From the NCBI GenBank assembly GCA_002862135.1, contig PKCI01000011.1, positions 10,195-74,194 of the forward strand: a stretch of DNA of 64,000 bases. The letters run 5' to 3'. This document shows positions 37,390 through 46,225 of the stretch, piece after piece. Source of the stretch: Verrucomicrobiota bacterium. GTDB taxonomy: Bacteria > Verrucomicrobiota > Verrucomicrobiia > Verrucomicrobiales > DEV007. The position numbers and the translations under genes are program-made. Under the pieces are notes generated by a model. The model worked only from the letters and a program-made list of their open reading frames with translations. It was not told where the DNA came from and ran no database searches. How positions within the stretch are numbered: position 1 is the stretch's first letter; every line of letters begins with the position of its first letter.

Positions 37390-37950
37390 TCACGAACCCC
37401 GGATTTCTCGTCGGATCTCGCCCGGACGCGTCACCGCTTTCAAAGACACTTCCGCCTCGCGCTCCTCGCCAAGCCAGTCTAGCAGGACTTTGACGCGATC
37501 CCGGCCGGAAACGAGCTGAGTCACGATCGTTTTCAGCCCGACCATGGGACCCTCCGTGAGGACTACTTCATCCCCCTCGACGATGGTCGGTTCGATCACC
37601 CGGATTTCGTTCTCTTCCTCGGGAAATTCCCGCTTCAGCTCCTCGATATAAACGTCCGCAATCTGCGGGTAATAATCGGCAAATCGAAGCACCCCCGTGA
37701 CGCTGGTTGTCGCGTTGACGGCCCGTAGTTCGCCGGTCAGACCAAACTTCGCAAAAATGTAACCGGGAAAAAGCGCTTCCACGAACCAGACCTTGCCCCG
37801 CGCTGTCGATTTCTCGAAGCGAATTCGCGGGCAGAACACCTCGTCGAGATTGGCAAACCCCTGCAAATGCCTAGCCGCGAGGTGCTCGCTCTTGGGTTTT
37901 GTGCGCACGCAATACCAGCCGTTTTCAGGCTGCTCAACAGGTTCCGGCAT
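37390..37950 (-). CDS. NusG paralog (RfaH/UpxY/LoaP-like antiterminator)
   Basis: NGN domain WYCVRTKPKSE...LFPGYIF and KOW domain EGDEVVLTEGP. Confidence 0.85.
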   Translation of the reverse strand: MPEPVEQPENGWYCVRTKPKSEHLAARHLQGFANLDEVFCPRIRFEKSTARGKVWFVEALFPGYIFAKFGLTGELRAVNATTSVTGVLRFADYYPQIADVYIEELKREFPEEENEIRVIEPTIVEGDEVVLTEGPMVGLKTIVTQLVSGRDRVKVLLDWLGEEREAEVSLKAVTRPGEIRREIRGS

Positions 37951-38115
37951 TGAAAGAAAATCGTGGTGAGGTGAAATAAAATCCTAACCCTTCTCACCAA
38001 TGATTAAAGGCGGATTTGTCCTCTGAAGACAGATTCCACCCTTCACGAATTCTTGCGAAAGCGGGGATTCTCCGTTACCAATCCCCTCCGGCAGGCAGCT
38101 GCCGAATTTCTGAAC

Positions 38116-39993
38116 ATGCCAAAAAACCCGGAAACGCAGGCCCCCATTCGGGCGATCGACGTCGCCACGGCCTCTCCAGACGAGTTGGCGAAACAGCGCA
38201 AAGCCGTTTTCCGCCGTCTCCTGGGCTACATCAAGCCCTACAAGAGCCGCCTCGCTTGGGGTATCTTCTTTGGCATCCTCGCCGGTGCGGTGAACGGATT
38301 TCTCGTCATCGTCATCCGCATGGTGCTCGACGTGGTCAACTCCCCCGACGGGATTGCCGAGGCCTACTACCCGTTCGAGGACATGCCTATTTTCTCGGAC
38401 TTCTCGATTCAACCTCCGGCGTCCGACAGTCCCTGGACCTTTGTCGCAGCGGTCTGTCTCAGCATCCCTGTCCTGTTGCTTCTCCGGGGCATCTTCCACT
38501 ACCTCCATGCTTACTGCATGCTGTGGATCAACATGAAGGTGCTCTACAACCTGCGCGATGAGTCTTTCACCGGCCTGATTCGCCAGTCGCTGTCTTTTTT
38601 CAACCGGGTCAAGCAGGGCGAACTGATCCAGACCGTCGCCAACCAGACCCGCACCACCGCCGACGCCAGCAGCCAACTTCTCAGCGGACTGATAAAGCAC
38701 CCGACCGGCATCCTCGCCATCGTCGTGACGATTGCCTTAATCGATCCTCTCTACACCTTCGGGGCGCTTGTCGTTTTCCCGATCTGCGTTCTCCCAGTGG
38801 CCATGGTCAGCCGTAAGGTGCGAAAAGCGGGCGGGCGCGAAGAGCAGGAATCTGAGGGACTCATGGTCACCCTCCACGAAAGCTTCAGCGGCATTCGCCT
38901 CGTCAAAGCTCACGGACGGGAGGAATACCAGCGCGAACGTTTCAACATCGGCAACAAGCAGATCACCAAGTTCATAATTCGCTGGAGAAAGGCAATGGAG
39001 ATTTCCAGCCCCTCAGTGGAAATTGTCGCCTCCCTCGGTATCTGCGTCGGACTCGTTTACGCCTGGATCGCCAACGTCAAACTCCAGGATTTCATGGCCG
39101 TGAACCTCGGCCTCATCAGCCTTTATCCGCACGCCAAAGCTCTCAGCCGGATCCAGGTTCAGGTGCAGAAGTGCTTCGTCGCTGCGCTTAAAGTCTTCTC
39201 CTACATCGACGCGGAGCCCAATGTCAAAGACGCGCCTGACGCTAAAGTGCTGAATGGATGTCAGGGCACGATCGAGTTCGACGATGTCACTTTCTCCTAC
39301 ATCAAAGAACGCGCTGCCCTCGAGAATGTCTCGCTCAAGTTTGAAGCCGGCAAGCGCTACGCTCTCGTCGGCCAGAGCGGCTCGGGCAAGTCGACCATCC
39401 TGTCGCTGATCATGCGCTTCTACGACACCGACTCGGGTGCTGTGAAAGTCGACGGACACAACATCAAGGAATACACTCAGTCCTCTCTGCGCGACCAGAT
39501 CGGCCTCGTCAGCCAAGACACTTTCCTCTTTCACGACACCATCGAAAATAACATTCGCTACGGCCAGCTCGATGCGAATGACAAGGAGGTCCACAAAGCC
39601 GCCCTGCTCGCTCACGCCGAAGAGTTCATTCTCGACCAGGTCAACGGCTATGACACCGTCATCGGCGACAAGGGCTGCAACCTCTCCGGTGGCCAGCAAC
39701 AACGCCTCTCCATCGCGCGTGCCATTCTGCGTGACGCCCCCATCCTCTTCCTCGACGAGGCGACTTCCGCGCTCGACTCCGAATCAGAGAAAGCGATCCA
39801 GGAAGCCATCGAAGAACTTTCCCGGGGGAAGACCGTGGTCGCCATTGCCCACCGTCTCTCCACCGTGCTCGGCTCCGATGAAATCGTGGTCATGAAAGAC
39901 GGCAGCGTTCTCGACGTGGCTCCTCACGAGGTTCTTCTCGAACGCTGCGAGGAATACCAGCGCCTCTATCGTCTCCAGTTCGCTGAAGATTGA
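38116..39993 (+). CDS. MsbA-like ABC exporter (permease plus ATPase)
   Basis: TM domain; Walker A GQSGSGKST, signature LSGGQQQR, LDEATSALD; divergent from the heptose genes. Confidence 0.88.
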   Translation: MPKNPETQAPIRAIDVATASPDELAKQRKAVFRRLLGYIKPYKSRLAWGIFFGILAGAVNGFLVIVIRMVLDVVNSPDGIAEAYYPFEDMPIFSDFSIQPPASDSPWTFVAAVCLSIPVLLLLRGIFHYLHAYCMLWINMKVLYNLRDESFTGLIRQSLSFFNRVKQGELIQTVANQTRTTADASSQLLSGLIKHPTGILAIVVTIALIDPLYTFGALVVFPICVLPVAMVSRKVRKAGGREEQESEGLMVTLHESFSGIRLVKAHGREEYQRERFNIGNKQITKFIIRWRKAMEISSPSVEIVASLGICVGLVYAWIANVKLQDFMAVNLGLISLYPHAKALSRIQVQVQKCFVAALKVFSYIDAEPNVKDAPDAKVLNGCQGTIEFDDVTFSYIKERAALENVSLKFEAGKRYALVGQSGSGKSTILSLIMRFYDTDSGAVKVDGHNIKEYTQSSLRDQIGLVSQDTFLFHDTIENNIRYGQLDANDKEVHKAALLAHAEEFILDQVNGYDTVIGDKGCNLSGGQQQRLSIARAILRDAPILFLDEATSALDSESEKAIQEAIEELSRGKTVVAIAHRLSTVLGSDEIVVMKDGSVLDVAPHEVLLERCEEYQRLYRLQFAED

Positions 39994-40043
39994 TTCACCG
40001 AGTAAGTCTTTCTCCCGGGCTGAATTCCGCTATAGTCCCGTCC

Positions 40044-41216
40044 ATGTCCTCCTCCTCCGGAACAACCCGCAAGGGTGGCTACGCCCTTAATATAGCGGCC
40101 GCCGTGGTGTTTATTCTGCTCGCCCTCTGGAACCTCATTGCTGACGCCAGCCTAAGCACGCACCTACTCCTGCAATCCTCGTGGGCCACGCCCATTCTCT
40201 GGCTCTTTCTTTCCACCTGGTTCATTGGCGGACTTTTCCTCGCCTGCTTCCCGAAACGCATCTTCATCACCGCATCCATCATCCTGATGCTTCGCGGATC
40301 GATGGGATGGCCACTTTCACTGGCGATCGGCCTTGAAGCCGCCTGTCATTTTTTCAATGCCGCCCTCGTATCGATTGCCGCCGGGTATCTCGTCTGGCTG
40401 TTTGCCAGGCCTATTCGTTTTTACCAGCGTCCCTGGTTTCGCTGGCAACACACTGCGATTGCCTTTGTTTCGTGGGCAGCTCTCGGCATCCTCTCATTTG
40501 GCACGACGCTCTTCGGGCTCGCCGCCACGGTCGATGAGATCTCCAGCGGCTTCGTCCAGATCACGCCGCGGGGAATCACCTTTACCGAAAAAATTCTTGA
40601 GAAGGACGAGCGCCGCGTCCACCTCATTGGGCTGGCCCACATTGGGGAGGCAGGTTTCTACAATGATCTCAAGAACACCTTCAAGCAACCCATTGAAGGC
40701 GGACGTCTCATACTGACCGAAGGGGTCACCGATGAAAGCAACATTCTCCCAGACGGCTTCAAGTCAGGCAACACCTATGCCGGCTTCGCAAAGCAGCTGG
40801 GGCTCGAGGAGCAGAAGAGCTTCGAGGGACGAGGTGATGAGTCCTCCGAGCAAACCTGGGCGGATCTCGGTGTCACTTTTATCAACGCAGATATCGATAT
40901 CTCGGAGCTTCACCAGCCCCATCTCGAACTGCTCGTTACCCTGCTTGAGACGATGGAATCCGGAGACCTGCTAGAGAGCTTCATCGCATCATCATCCGTC
41001 CAAGTTTCTTCTGAACAGCTCGAAGAGTTCCTTCTCGACGGTCTTATCGGCAAGCGCAACGACCACCTCATGCAAGTTTTCGAAAACGCCTATCATGATT
41101 TCGAGGAGATCTACATCCCCTGGGGCGCCGCCCACCTGCCCGATCTCGAGCGGCGATTTCTTTCCGAAGGCTTTTCCCTGATTTCAGAGAAAAAACGACT
41201 CGGCATCGGATTTTAG
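40044..41216 (+). CDS. Membrane protein with TraB/GumN/Tiki-like C-terminal domain
   Basis: About five TM helices, then LIGLAH, LTE, RNDHLM, WGAAHL. Confidence 0.55.
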   Translation: MSSSSGTTRKGGYALNIAAAVVFILLALWNLIADASLSTHLLLQSSWATPILWLFLSTWFIGGLFLACFPKRIFITASIILMLRGSMGWPLSLAIGLEAACHFFNAALVSIAAGYLVWLFARPIRFYQRPWFRWQHTAIAFVSWAALGILSFGTTLFGLAATVDEISSGFVQITPRGITFTEKILEKDERRVHLIGLAHIGEAGFYNDLKNTFKQPIEGGRLILTEGVTDESNILPDGFKSGNTYAGFAKQLGLEEQKSFEGRGDESSEQTWADLGVTFINADIDISELHQPHLELLVTLLETMESGDLLESFIASSSVQVSSEQLEEFLLDGLIGKRNDHLMQVFENAYHDFEEIYIPWGAAHLPDLERRFLSEGFSLISEKKRLGIGF

Positions 41217-41648
41217 AATGAGTTACCTAAGCCGGGTCGGAGGTTAAATCTGCAGCGTTTCCTGAGGCTCCAAAGAAAACAGATCAGCCAAAGATTAAAC
41301 CAAGGGGAAGTTCCGCCTCGACCGCAAGACACGCCCTCGCTCGAAACTCACGGCACTATCACACATCATCCCGAACCATCTCGATGCGGTCGCACACACT
41401 TGTTCCAAAGTCAGGCCAATGGAACGAGGCTTCGCAGATTTCGAGCGAGGTCTCACGCATCTGCTTGAAACAATCAGTGTCATCGATGACCTGCCTTATA
41501 CTTTCGAGCAGGCTGTCCGTCGTCAGGGCAAGAAATGTGTTCCGGTCTCTCCAGAGGCATCTCATGTGAGCGTAGCAGCACACTGGAAAAGCCAGATCAT
41601 ATCCTACCTCGCAAATACCGCAGGAACAACCTTTTGCAGGTCAGCTGA

Positions 41649-42572
41649 TCAGGCAAGATAGCGCTCGGCTTCCGCGATGGTAGGCAAATGTCCGCGCCCG
41701 CCCAGCGCCCCCGCATTGCAGGCTGCCGCGGCACTGGCAAGAGCGGCGCAGCCTTCCCAGCAATCACCGCGATTAGCCGCAAAGAGAAAGGCGCCGTGAA
41801 ACACGTCACCACAACCGGTGGTATCAACCACCGGATCGACAGAAAAGGCAGGCTGATGAAAGTATTCTCCTTCCACGGTCATAAACCAGCTTCCTTCGGA
41901 ACCGTTAGTAATGCCGGCAACTGATGCCCCCCATTGCGAAAGCCCCTCGAGTTGCTTGTGCCGCTCATTGGTTCCGGACAGTTTTGCGGCAAAGTCAGCC
42001 GCAACGACCAGGATATCGACCATGGGCAGAAGCTCGAGAAACTTGTCGTCGTAACGATGGGCACCACCATCAAAGGAAACGCGACCTCCGCTTTCGCGAA
42101 CTACGCGCGCCGCTTCAATGCAAGCGGGCCAGTGGCGGCCATTGAGATGAAGGATAGAGCACTGCTCGAGAACTTCGCGGGGCAACTCTTCCGTCGACAA
42201 CGGGGTGAAATTTCCCGCCCGGAAAACAATGTGACGCTCCCCGTCGCCACGGCGCACTAGCACGTTACCGAAACTACTCCGGCAACCCGACTCGAACTGG
42301 AGATACTCCGTATTGACTCCGTGCACTCGATATTCATGGCGAATTAAGTCACCGGCCCAGTCCGATCCAACTCGGTCGATGATACCTGCCCTCGCCCCGA
42401 GACGGGATGCGGCACAAAGTGCTGTCGGGACTGGTCCGCCACCCATCATGGCGGAATCAAGAACTTCGGTGACGCCTGTTCCCTCGGGAAAAGCGTCGAC
42501 CACCTGGACCGAGTCCATCATGGACATCCCCAAACCGAGGATTTCCAGTGTTGAACTCGAGCACGCTGACAT
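41649..42572 (-). CDS. PfkB-family carbohydrate kinase
   Basis: GGGPVPTA...RLG and DTTGCGDVFHG. Confidence 0.9.
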   Translation of the reverse strand: MSACSSSTLEILGLGMSMMDSVQVVDAFPEGTGVTEVLDSAMMGGGPVPTALCAASRLGARAGIIDRVGSDWAGDLIRHEYRVHGVNTEYLQFESGCRSSFGNVLVRRGDGERHIVFRAGNFTPLSTEELPREVLEQCSILHLNGRHWPACIEAARVVRESGGRVSFDGGAHRYDDKFLELLPMVDILVVAADFAAKLSGTNERHKQLEGLSQWGASVAGITNGSEGSWFMTVEGEYFHQPAFSVDPVVDTTGCGDVFHGAFLFAANRGDCWEGCAALASAAAACNAGALGGRGHLPTIAEAERYLA

Positions 42573-43306
42573 CAGCTATGGTGAGTCTTCAGCCAGGAGA
42601 TAACCGCTTCGGTCATCTTGCCCTCTCCGTCACCACTGAAGACATGATCCACGCCCTCGAGGATGACCAGTTCTTTTGGCTCATAGGCAGCCCCATACAT
42701 TTCCTGTCCTTCTTCCACAGGAACGACGTCGTCTTTGTCACCGTGAACGAGCAACCACGGCACCTCGATCTTCTCGGTCTTGTTCAGCACCGTGTTGATC
42801 TTGTTCATATCGTCGACATAAGCCTTGGAAAGCGGGCAGCCCTCTTCGTCCCACATATTGCCTTTGCCGGGAGTGACCTCGCCGAACTCGGTTTTGCAGA
42901 ACTTCTTAGTGTGCACCATGCCGGCGAGAGAGACGAGCAACTCGATGCGCTCATCCTTGGCTGTAGCAAGAACACCGACAGCGCCGCCCATGCTATGACC
43001 GGCGTAGCAAATACGGTGGTAACCTTCTTCCTCGGCCGAGTCGACAATGGCCTTGAGGTCTTTGACCTCCTTGGAGATGGTGCAGGCTTCGAACTTACCG
43101 TCTGATTTACCATTACCAGCGAACGAAAAACGCAAGGCATTAAAACCGGCTTCAGCGAGCGCTTCGGCGAGGGCAACCGCCCAGGGACGGTCCTTGTCAC
43201 CAGTCACTCCGTGACCAATGATCACAAGCAGTGAGGAATCGGTAGGATCACCGTGAAACTCGTAATCGAGGTTCTCTTTCGATGAGTTGAGGATTTCGAG
43301 GTGCAT
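42572..43306 (-). CDS. Alpha/beta hydrolase
   Basis: GHSMGG nucleophile elbow, HGDKDDVV, GVDH. Confidence 0.88.
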   Translation of the reverse strand: MHLEILNSSKENLDYEFHGDPTDSSLLVIIGHGVTGDKDRPWAVALAEALAEAGFNALRFSFAGNGKSDGKFEACTISKEVKDLKAIVDSAEEEGYHRICYAGHSMGGAVGVLATAKDERIELLVSLAGMVHTKKFCKTEFGEVTPGKGNMWDEEGCPLSKAYVDDMNKINTVLNKTEKIEVPWLLVHGDKDDVVPVEEGQEMYGAAYEPKELVILEGVDHVFSGDGEGKMTEAVISWLKTHHS

Positions 43307-43342
43307 GGAAACGGCGGGTAAACTGAGAAGACAGGCAGATGG

Positions 43343-43645
43343 TTAAAACTGAGTGTCGAAAACACGAACCTCTCTGAACCAAGGACCAAACTTTTCAACA
43401 AAAACATCGTGCTCAGGGTGGATCTGGTAGGCGTTATGTTGGTCAACACATTCAAACTCAAGCACCAGCGCGTAGTCGAAGCTGTTGTGAGTGACCGGAC
43501 GTTCCGGGGTTTCTGCCGCACGGCCGAAGCTGCCGGTAGATACAACATCGATCTCGAAGAGCGCACCCAGGCCGCCCTCAAACGCAACCTTGTCGTCATC
43601 GCTGAGAGACTCGTCGAGCCAGAAGTAGACGTTGTGTCGAACCAT
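43343..43645 (-). CDS. Dabb-family (stress-responsive A/B barrel) protein
   Basis: HNVYFWL...YQIHPEH...VFD. Confidence 0.85.
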   Translation of the reverse strand: MVRHNVYFWLDESLSDDDKVAFEGGLGALFEIDVVSTGSFGRAAETPERPVTHNSFDYALVLEFECVDQHNAYQIHPEHDVFVEKFGPWFREVRVFDTQF

Positions 43646-43739
43646 GCTCGGAGCCTAGAATAGCGATTTGGCAATAGCAACCAGTGACTCGAAACATGAC
43701 AAATTTTTTGCGCTGTTACCGGACCAAACAATCCGGTTT

Positions 43740-44903
43740 TCAGCTCCCGTTCTCTAGCACCGTCTGGATATGAGGGGTGTAGAGGTCAGGCTCCAGCAGA
43801 AAGGAGTCATGCCCCTTCTCGGAGTGCACCGTCAGGTAAATGTGCGAAACATCGGATTCCTTGAGCAGACGCACGAGGGCGGCCTGCTCTTCGGGGTAGA
43901 AGCAGTAATCCTCGTCGATACTGAAAACGAGGTACTGGTGACCTGCTTCATGGGAGCGGGCAAAAAGATCGTCCGTATCGACGGCGTTCCCGTCGATGAC
44001 AGGATCATACTGGCTCCACATCTCGCAGATGCGCAAGTAGGTGTTCGCATCAAAGCGATCGGTAAACTTTTTCCCCTGATGAAGCATGTAGCTTTCCACG
44101 TGATCGTGAGCACGATACCAGGAAAAGCGGTCCTCCGGCTGAACGACGTCTTTGCTGGCGCGTCGCTGAATCGCATTGAGATGCACAAAGGTCTTGTGAC
44201 TGATCATCCTCGCCAGTCCGAGCCCGGTATCCGGTGCCCCGGTTTCGTAGTATTCGCCGGCCTGGAACTTGGGATCATTTTCAATCGCGAGGATTTGCTC
44301 GAGAAGAATGATGCGATTCAAAACGGTGGTGCGCACGCCGGTCGCAATCGGGATGACAACGCGGACCCTCTCTGGATGAGTGGTCGCAAAACTGATGCAA
44401 CAGAGACCGCCGGTGGAAGGCCCTACAACGGCGAGCAACTGACCAATCCCCAGCGCATCAAGCAAAAGCGTCTGGCTGCGAACGATGTCATTGACCGTCA
44501 CATGGGGAAAGGCGGATCCGTGTGGCTTGCCGGTCTCCGGATTGATCGTCGAAGGTCCGGTAGAGCCATAACATCCCCCGACGTAATTCGCACAAATAAT
44601 GAAATACTTATCAGTGTCGAGGGCTTTGCCCGGGCCGATGAAAAGCTCCCACCAGCCGTCGTTGCATTCCTGAGTCCATAAATCGTTTCCTTCAACTGCC
44701 GGGTTGTAGCCCGCAGCGTGCTGGCTTCCGGAAAAAGCATGGAAGAGCAGAATCGCGTTCGACTTCTCCTCGTTGAGTGTTCCGTAGGTCTCGTAGGCAA
44801 TCGTGACATGATCTAACGATTCGCCGTTCCGGAACACGAATGGTTTGTCCGGTGTCGCAATTACCTGGAATTGGGTTTTGACCTGTCGCAGTTCACTCAT
44901 CAA
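43740..44903 (-). CDS. metX: Homoserine O-acetyltransferase
   Basis: IAYETYGTLN, HAFSGSQHA, GGCYGSTGP, GPSTGG, FDANTY, KGHDSFL. Confidence 0.88.
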   Translation of the reverse strand: MMSELRQVKTQFQVIATPDKPFVFRNGESLDHVTIAYETYGTLNEEKSNAILLFHAFSGSQHAAGYNPAVEGNDLWTQECNDGWWELFIGPGKALDTDKYFIICANYVGGCYGSTGPSTINPETGKPHGSAFPHVTVNDIVRSQTLLLDALGIGQLLAVVGPSTGGLCCISFATTHPERVRVVIPIATGVRTTVLNRIILLEQILAIENDPKFQAGEYYETGAPDTGLGLARMISHKTFVHLNAIQRRASKDVVQPEDRFSWYRAHDHVESYMLHQGKKFTDRFDANTYLRICEMWSQYDPVIDGNAVDTDDLFARSHEAGHQYLVFSIDEDYCFYPEEQAALVRLLKESDVSHIYLTVHSEKGHDSFLLEPDLYTPHIQTVLENGS

Positions 44904-45018
44904 GTTTGAAGGGCCGAAAAGTTAAACCTGATTCTCATGTCCCGCCAATCATTTAGCTGTCATAACAATCGTCCCACTCCTGCTTGCTCGGCTGGTTGGA
45001 TAGGCCATAGTTTAACCT

Positions 45019-45666
45019 GTGAGCTTACTCGATCGCATCTTTTCTCAACTACCTGACCCTGTCGATAAAGACGGTGGTCACATCCGGTTGGTGGTCGGAC
45101 TCGGCAATCCGGGACCGGAATATGACAAAACCCGCCACAACATCGGATTCGAGCTCGTCGATGAGATAGCAAAGGAGCGGGACCTGAAATGGAAGCGTGA
45201 CCGGAAATTTCGCGCGAAGATCGCATCTACCACTTCTTCCCTCGTTCTTGCCAAGCCCGTCACCTACATGAACCTGAGCGGCAACGCCGTGGCCCGCCTC
45301 GCCCGCTTCCACAAGCTCAAACCCGATCAGATCCTGGTGGCCTACGACGACGTTGACCTGCCCATTGGCCGGCTTCGTTTCCGGGCGAATGGCTCCGCCG
45401 GAGGGCACAACGGGATTAAATCCATCATCGAATATCTAGGAACCAAGGAATTCGCCCGTTTGAAGATCGGAATCGGCGCAGCAGGGGGTCGGGAAGCCAT
45501 GGTTGGCCACGTTTTAGGCCGTTTTGACTTAGAAGAATGGAGAGAAATGCAAAAAGTCCTAGCCATTGCTGCAGATGGGGTAAATTGTGCGCTTTCCGAC
45601 GGACTGGACGCGGCAATGAACCAGTTCAACCGGCGGACCGAAAAAAAGGAAGGTAACGAAACATAA
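45019..45666 (+). CDS. pth: Peptidyl-tRNA hydrolase
   Basis: VGLGNPG..Y..TRHNIGF, KPVTYMNLSG, GSAGGHNGIKS. Confidence 0.96.
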   Translation: MSLLDRIFSQLPDPVDKDGGHIRLVVGLGNPGPEYDKTRHNIGFELVDEIAKERDLKWKRDRKFRAKIASTTSSLVLAKPVTYMNLSGNAVARLARFHKLKPDQILVAYDDVDLPIGRLRFRANGSAGGHNGIKSIIEYLGTKEFARLKIGIGAAGGREAMVGHVLGRFDLEEWREMQKVLAIAADGVNCALSDGLDAAMNQFNRRTEKKEGNET

Positions 45667-45694
45667 GCGTTGGATTATCAATCAGATACAGTTC

Positions 45695-45982
45695 ATGAAA
45701 CGTAAGTACGAAGGAGTCTATATCCTGAAAATGCAGGGACAGGAAGAAGGCGTCGAGGAAATGGTGGGTAGCATCACCAAGGAACTCGAGTCTAGTGGCG
45801 CCACTCTTGAGCAAATCGATCGCCTCGGCCGCAGAGAGTTTGCTCACAGCAATCACGCTAAGCAGAGTCACGGCTACTACGTGCAGTTCCAGTTCGAAGC
45901 TGAGCCTGCCGCCATCGACAATGTTGAAGCCCGCCTGAAGCTGAATAACCAGGTGATGCTCCAGCATTACCGCCGCCTCTAA
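45695..45982 (+). CDS. rpsF: 30S ribosomal protein S6
   Basis: KYEGVYIL...GRREFAH...GYY...LKLNNQVM. Confidence 0.88.
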   Translation: MKRKYEGVYILKMQGQEEGVEEMVGSITKELESSGATLEQIDRLGRREFAHSNHAKQSHGYYVQFQFEAEPAAIDNVEARLKLNNQVMLQHYRRL

Positions 45983-46225
45983 TCCATCCGGTCTTCCGGA
46001 AGGCCCAGAACGAGGCGAAGACTGCAACGGTCTATCATTCTTTCGTTATAAGCTTCCTCAGGAATTACCCCCTTTGGAGGCTTTTTTGGCGACAGCAGCG
46101 AAAAACGGGCCCATATTTCACGTCCTCAATTTGAAAATTTTGACGGATCCTACCCCGCCATCTTTTTCAGCCCTCACCGTCAATAACCCTCCTCCTCAAC
46201 CCAGACTCTCTCCTCCTGCCCGCAT

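Noticed and set aside
37951-38115. ops element for the RfaH-like gene
   Set aside because: No GGCGGTAG-type sequence on the minus-strand leader.
44904-45018. SAM riboswitch upstream of metX
   Set aside because: No recognisable SAM-I/II core motifs; the region is short and shared with the divergent pth promoter.
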